A DNA stretch of 64,000 nucleotides, taken from assembly GCA_051362555.1 (NCBI GenBank), contig CM120640.1, positions 20,832,001 through 20,896,000 of the forward strand, read 5' to 3'. Source of the stretch: Lingula anatina (Eukaryota; Animalia; Brachiopoda). Below the pieces are notes generated by a model. The model was not told where the DNA came from and did not search any database. It saw nothing but the letters and a program-made list of their open reading frames with translations. Of the stretch, positions 61,626 to 64,000 are shown in pieces. Every line of letters begins with the position of its first letter. Position 1 is the first letter of the stretch. Position numbers and translations under genes: made by a program.

Positions 61626-62794
61626 TAAATAAATCACATTCAAAATATGAGCGTAGGCCTACTCGTACCTACAGTAGTCTACATGTACATAACATGTCAG
61701 ATTTGACACACACACCTCGACTAATTTTTGATTTTTTCAAGGAAAATCGTCAGCATTCGTGTTTTTCAAGCACTAAATGAAAAGAAAACACATACCTTCC
61801 AGTCAATTCACATTTTCATCCAGATGTTATGGCACCACATTCAAGTAAATTGCGTTTGAGTTGGTTCACTGTCAGCGACGCGTGCACACGCTCCATGTTA
61901 AACTCTGGTGTAAAGCCGTGAGCGAAATTCTGCGAGATTTTAGAAGGACTGCTTTCACCCCCACGCCATCTAGCGGCAGACCCTTAAAGCGGGTATTCCC
62001 CATTGATCACATATTTTGTAAAGTGATCATATACCACAGTGCCAAGAAAGCGTCGGGCGTAAAAAGTTTTACTTCAGCAGTGAGACCAAAAGAAAGTTTT
62101 CTGGCATTACATTTGCAAAACAGTAACTTTGCATCTGTAGCTAAATCCTTGTTGCTTGTTCTAAAACCGGATTTGGAGCTCTTACTTATTCTCATTTGGC
62201 TCCACAAGGGCAAAAGTGTCACCTGGGCCAACTACATGTAGACCGGTCTTCCCTTTGTGTACTTCTCAAACGAACATGCTAGCATTTGTGACGTATGTTA
62301 CAGATAGATATAGGGAGCCAAAGGGTGATCTGGTGTGAAACGTGACTTTTGATTTCATGATATCTTTCTAAAGCATACAAACATTTTATTATCTATACCA
62401 AACACACAGCTGAACCATAATTAGAAGCAAATAATGAACATTGAACAATCCTCTGTCAGTGTTAGCGTCTTAACTGTGTTGCGTAAAATAGGCCAGTATT
62501 CATCCCATTCTTCCTATATATGAACCCAAAAAGTTTTGTTCCTATGAAGTTTTTTCATTTATTCAGGGTCCCATGGACCATAGAGCAAGTCTAGCTTGGT
62601 TGTCACTGGCAACCTTGGATAAATTTATTTATTCAAGATGACCGCCAATTTCAATTTCAACTGAACATAGAGGTTTGCATAATACCTGGCCCTTATAATT
62701 AACACCGATCTGAGCGTGGTGTGTAACGAGGTATAAATTCACAGAGATTGTCTGGCGCAAGTCCATATAAAGCAGCATGAGCATATATTAAAAG

Positions 62795-63242
62795 TTTGTT
62801 TTTTTTGTTTTTTTTTTTTTTTTACTGCGTTTATTCACTCAAAGAAAAAAAAGAAAATATACATATATAATGAAATATTTAAGCAGATAATCAAAGATTG
62901 AATGCGTGTAATACAATGCTGATGATAATTACGGTAATTAAATACTAATAGATAAATAAAAAGAGCATAAATATAGATGTTCTCTCACTCACTCATCCAT
63001 ACATACATACTACGCGTATACATGCTTGTTGTGAGCTACATATCGGCAACTATAACATATATAATTAAATATTTAGACAGATAATCAAAGATTAAATGCA
63101 TATGATACTGATAATAATTACGGCAATTAAATACTGATAGATAAATAAGAACATAAATATATAGACATACTTTCACTCACTCATCCATCCATACATACTA
63201 CACGTATACATGCTTGTTGTGAACTACATAACGGCAACTATA
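62795..63242. repeat. T-rich tract followed by a diverged tandem duplication (about 190-bp period)
   Basis: About 62884-63053 and about 63078-63242 share cagataatcaaagatt...tcactcactcatccat...tacatgcttgttgtga...cggcaactata. On the - strand an AATAAA precedes a poly(A)-like tract, as in a retroelement 3' end. Confidence 0.7.
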
Positions 63243-63249
63243 GCGTACT

Positions 63250-63670
63250 AGAGGTGAAATTTTTAACACGTTATGGTAGGAATGCGTTACTAGCCCAGGA
63301 TGTATTAACTGCCATATGAAAGAAACAATAATACATCGTTTTGTAGAATGTGTACGTGCAAGAAATTTTTGGATTGCATTTGAAAACTGGTGGAACATTC
63401 CGAATAATACCATACACTTCAGAAAAAATGAAAAAACTATAATGTACGGGTGTCTGTCAAGCGACCAGCGCGTAAAAGCTTTAAATTTCTGTATTATTGT
63501 GGCTAAACAATTCATAAACAAAAATTCAGAAAATCCATCAGTCTATGATTTTGAACTGTTTCTGCATTTTCTTAGTCAGAAGAAGAAAATAGAAAAATAC
63601 ATTGCTATAAAGACAGGAAAAGAAGATAGGTTTAATACAAAATGGAAACGTATATTAAAAGTTTTGAAAG
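63250..63670 (+). mobile_element. 3' fragment of an L1/Tx1-type LINE ORF2 (zinc-binding C-terminal region)
   Basis: 'PGCINCHMKETIIHRFVEC...FW...LNFCIIVAKQFI...IEKYIA......F..KW' resembles the CxxC..ET..H.F..C motif and C-terminal tail of L1/Tx1 ORF2. No RT region in the window. Confidence 0.7.
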
Positions 63671-64000
63671 CCAGTAAAGTTCGATGTCTTTTAAGTCCCC
63701 ATATAGGTCCGAGTAAGAAGAAAATAGCTGAGTTTCTTCATTCTTTCTGTGATGCAACCATACAACAAGGAATTACAGTAATCAAACCTTGAAGTTACTA
63801 GGGCATAACCCACCACCATAGTGTTGACAACAAGTCACATATCGACAATATTATCATATACCGATATAGACTAGCCTACATATGCGATGGCCATTTAGTA
63901 AATATCCTTTGTGAAGCATCTTCACGGCACAGTGGATTTCATCTTCGGACTGCATTGACGCTTATCAACCGTATGGGTGTGACGAAAAAGATCGACTGCG

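Larger units (their letters stand above)
53595..61896 (-). pseudogene. decayed spliced gene with an N-terminal SAP domain and a YqaJ/lambda-exonuclease-like remnant (probably a transposon accessory gene, Kolobok-like), interrupted by the hAT and LINE insertions
   Basis: Exon 61896-61796 reads MERVHASLTVNQLKRNLLECGAITSG*KCELTG(R), a SAP motif with one stop, and ends at donor AG|GTATGT. The acceptor at 58224 continues it as 'RL'. That middle exon is split by the hAT element (58223-58121 plus 54083-53936). The exon starting at 53760 contains *HKERQWRITASRFGGII, matching the YqaJ W..R..RITAS.FG motif. Confidence 0.6.

Noticed and set aside
61816-61818. In-frame TGA in the SAP exon as selenocysteine or readthrough
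   Set aside because: It falls where SAP domains usually have Arg/Lys (likely CGA to TGA decay), and the rest of the gene has further stops and insertions.
62007-62241. ORFs 61861-62241 (+) and 62007-62231 (-) as a THAP or transposase partner of the SAP-YqaJ gene
   Set aside because: No THAP or DDE motif recognisable.

Overview
AT-rich, intron-rich animal genomic DNA, probably a lophotrochozoan or mollusc (inferred from the gene set and repeat types). It is not prokaryotic, and no rRNA, tRNA or CRISPR array was recognised. Spliced host genes in order: 5' end of a Cys-loop ligand-gated ion channel (-), a divergent CDC20/fizzy-family APC/C activator (+), SMYD4 with a single coding exon (-), an NSD-family H3K36 methyltransferase (+), BNIP1/SEC20 (-), ENTPD4/7 (+) and CSK (-). 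The right end (about 53.6-63.8 kb) is a nest of transposons. The main finding is a 4,031-bp hAT DNA transposon with 13-bp TIRs and a 6-bp TSD whose transposase frame splices into an OTU deubiquitinase-like protease domain that keeps its catalytic Cys and His. A near-identical 951-bp deletion derivative of it, with its own 6-bp TSD, lies at 7585-8535. The hAT element and a young 5'-truncated LINE both appear to be inserted into an older, decayed, spliced SAP...YqaJ (lambda-exonuclease-like) gene. Other points: a possibly conserved ENTPD4 alternative splice donor, two head-to-head gene pairs, two MITEs and a HINE-like element. Exon coordinates were read by eye and may be off by a base or two; no database searches were run.
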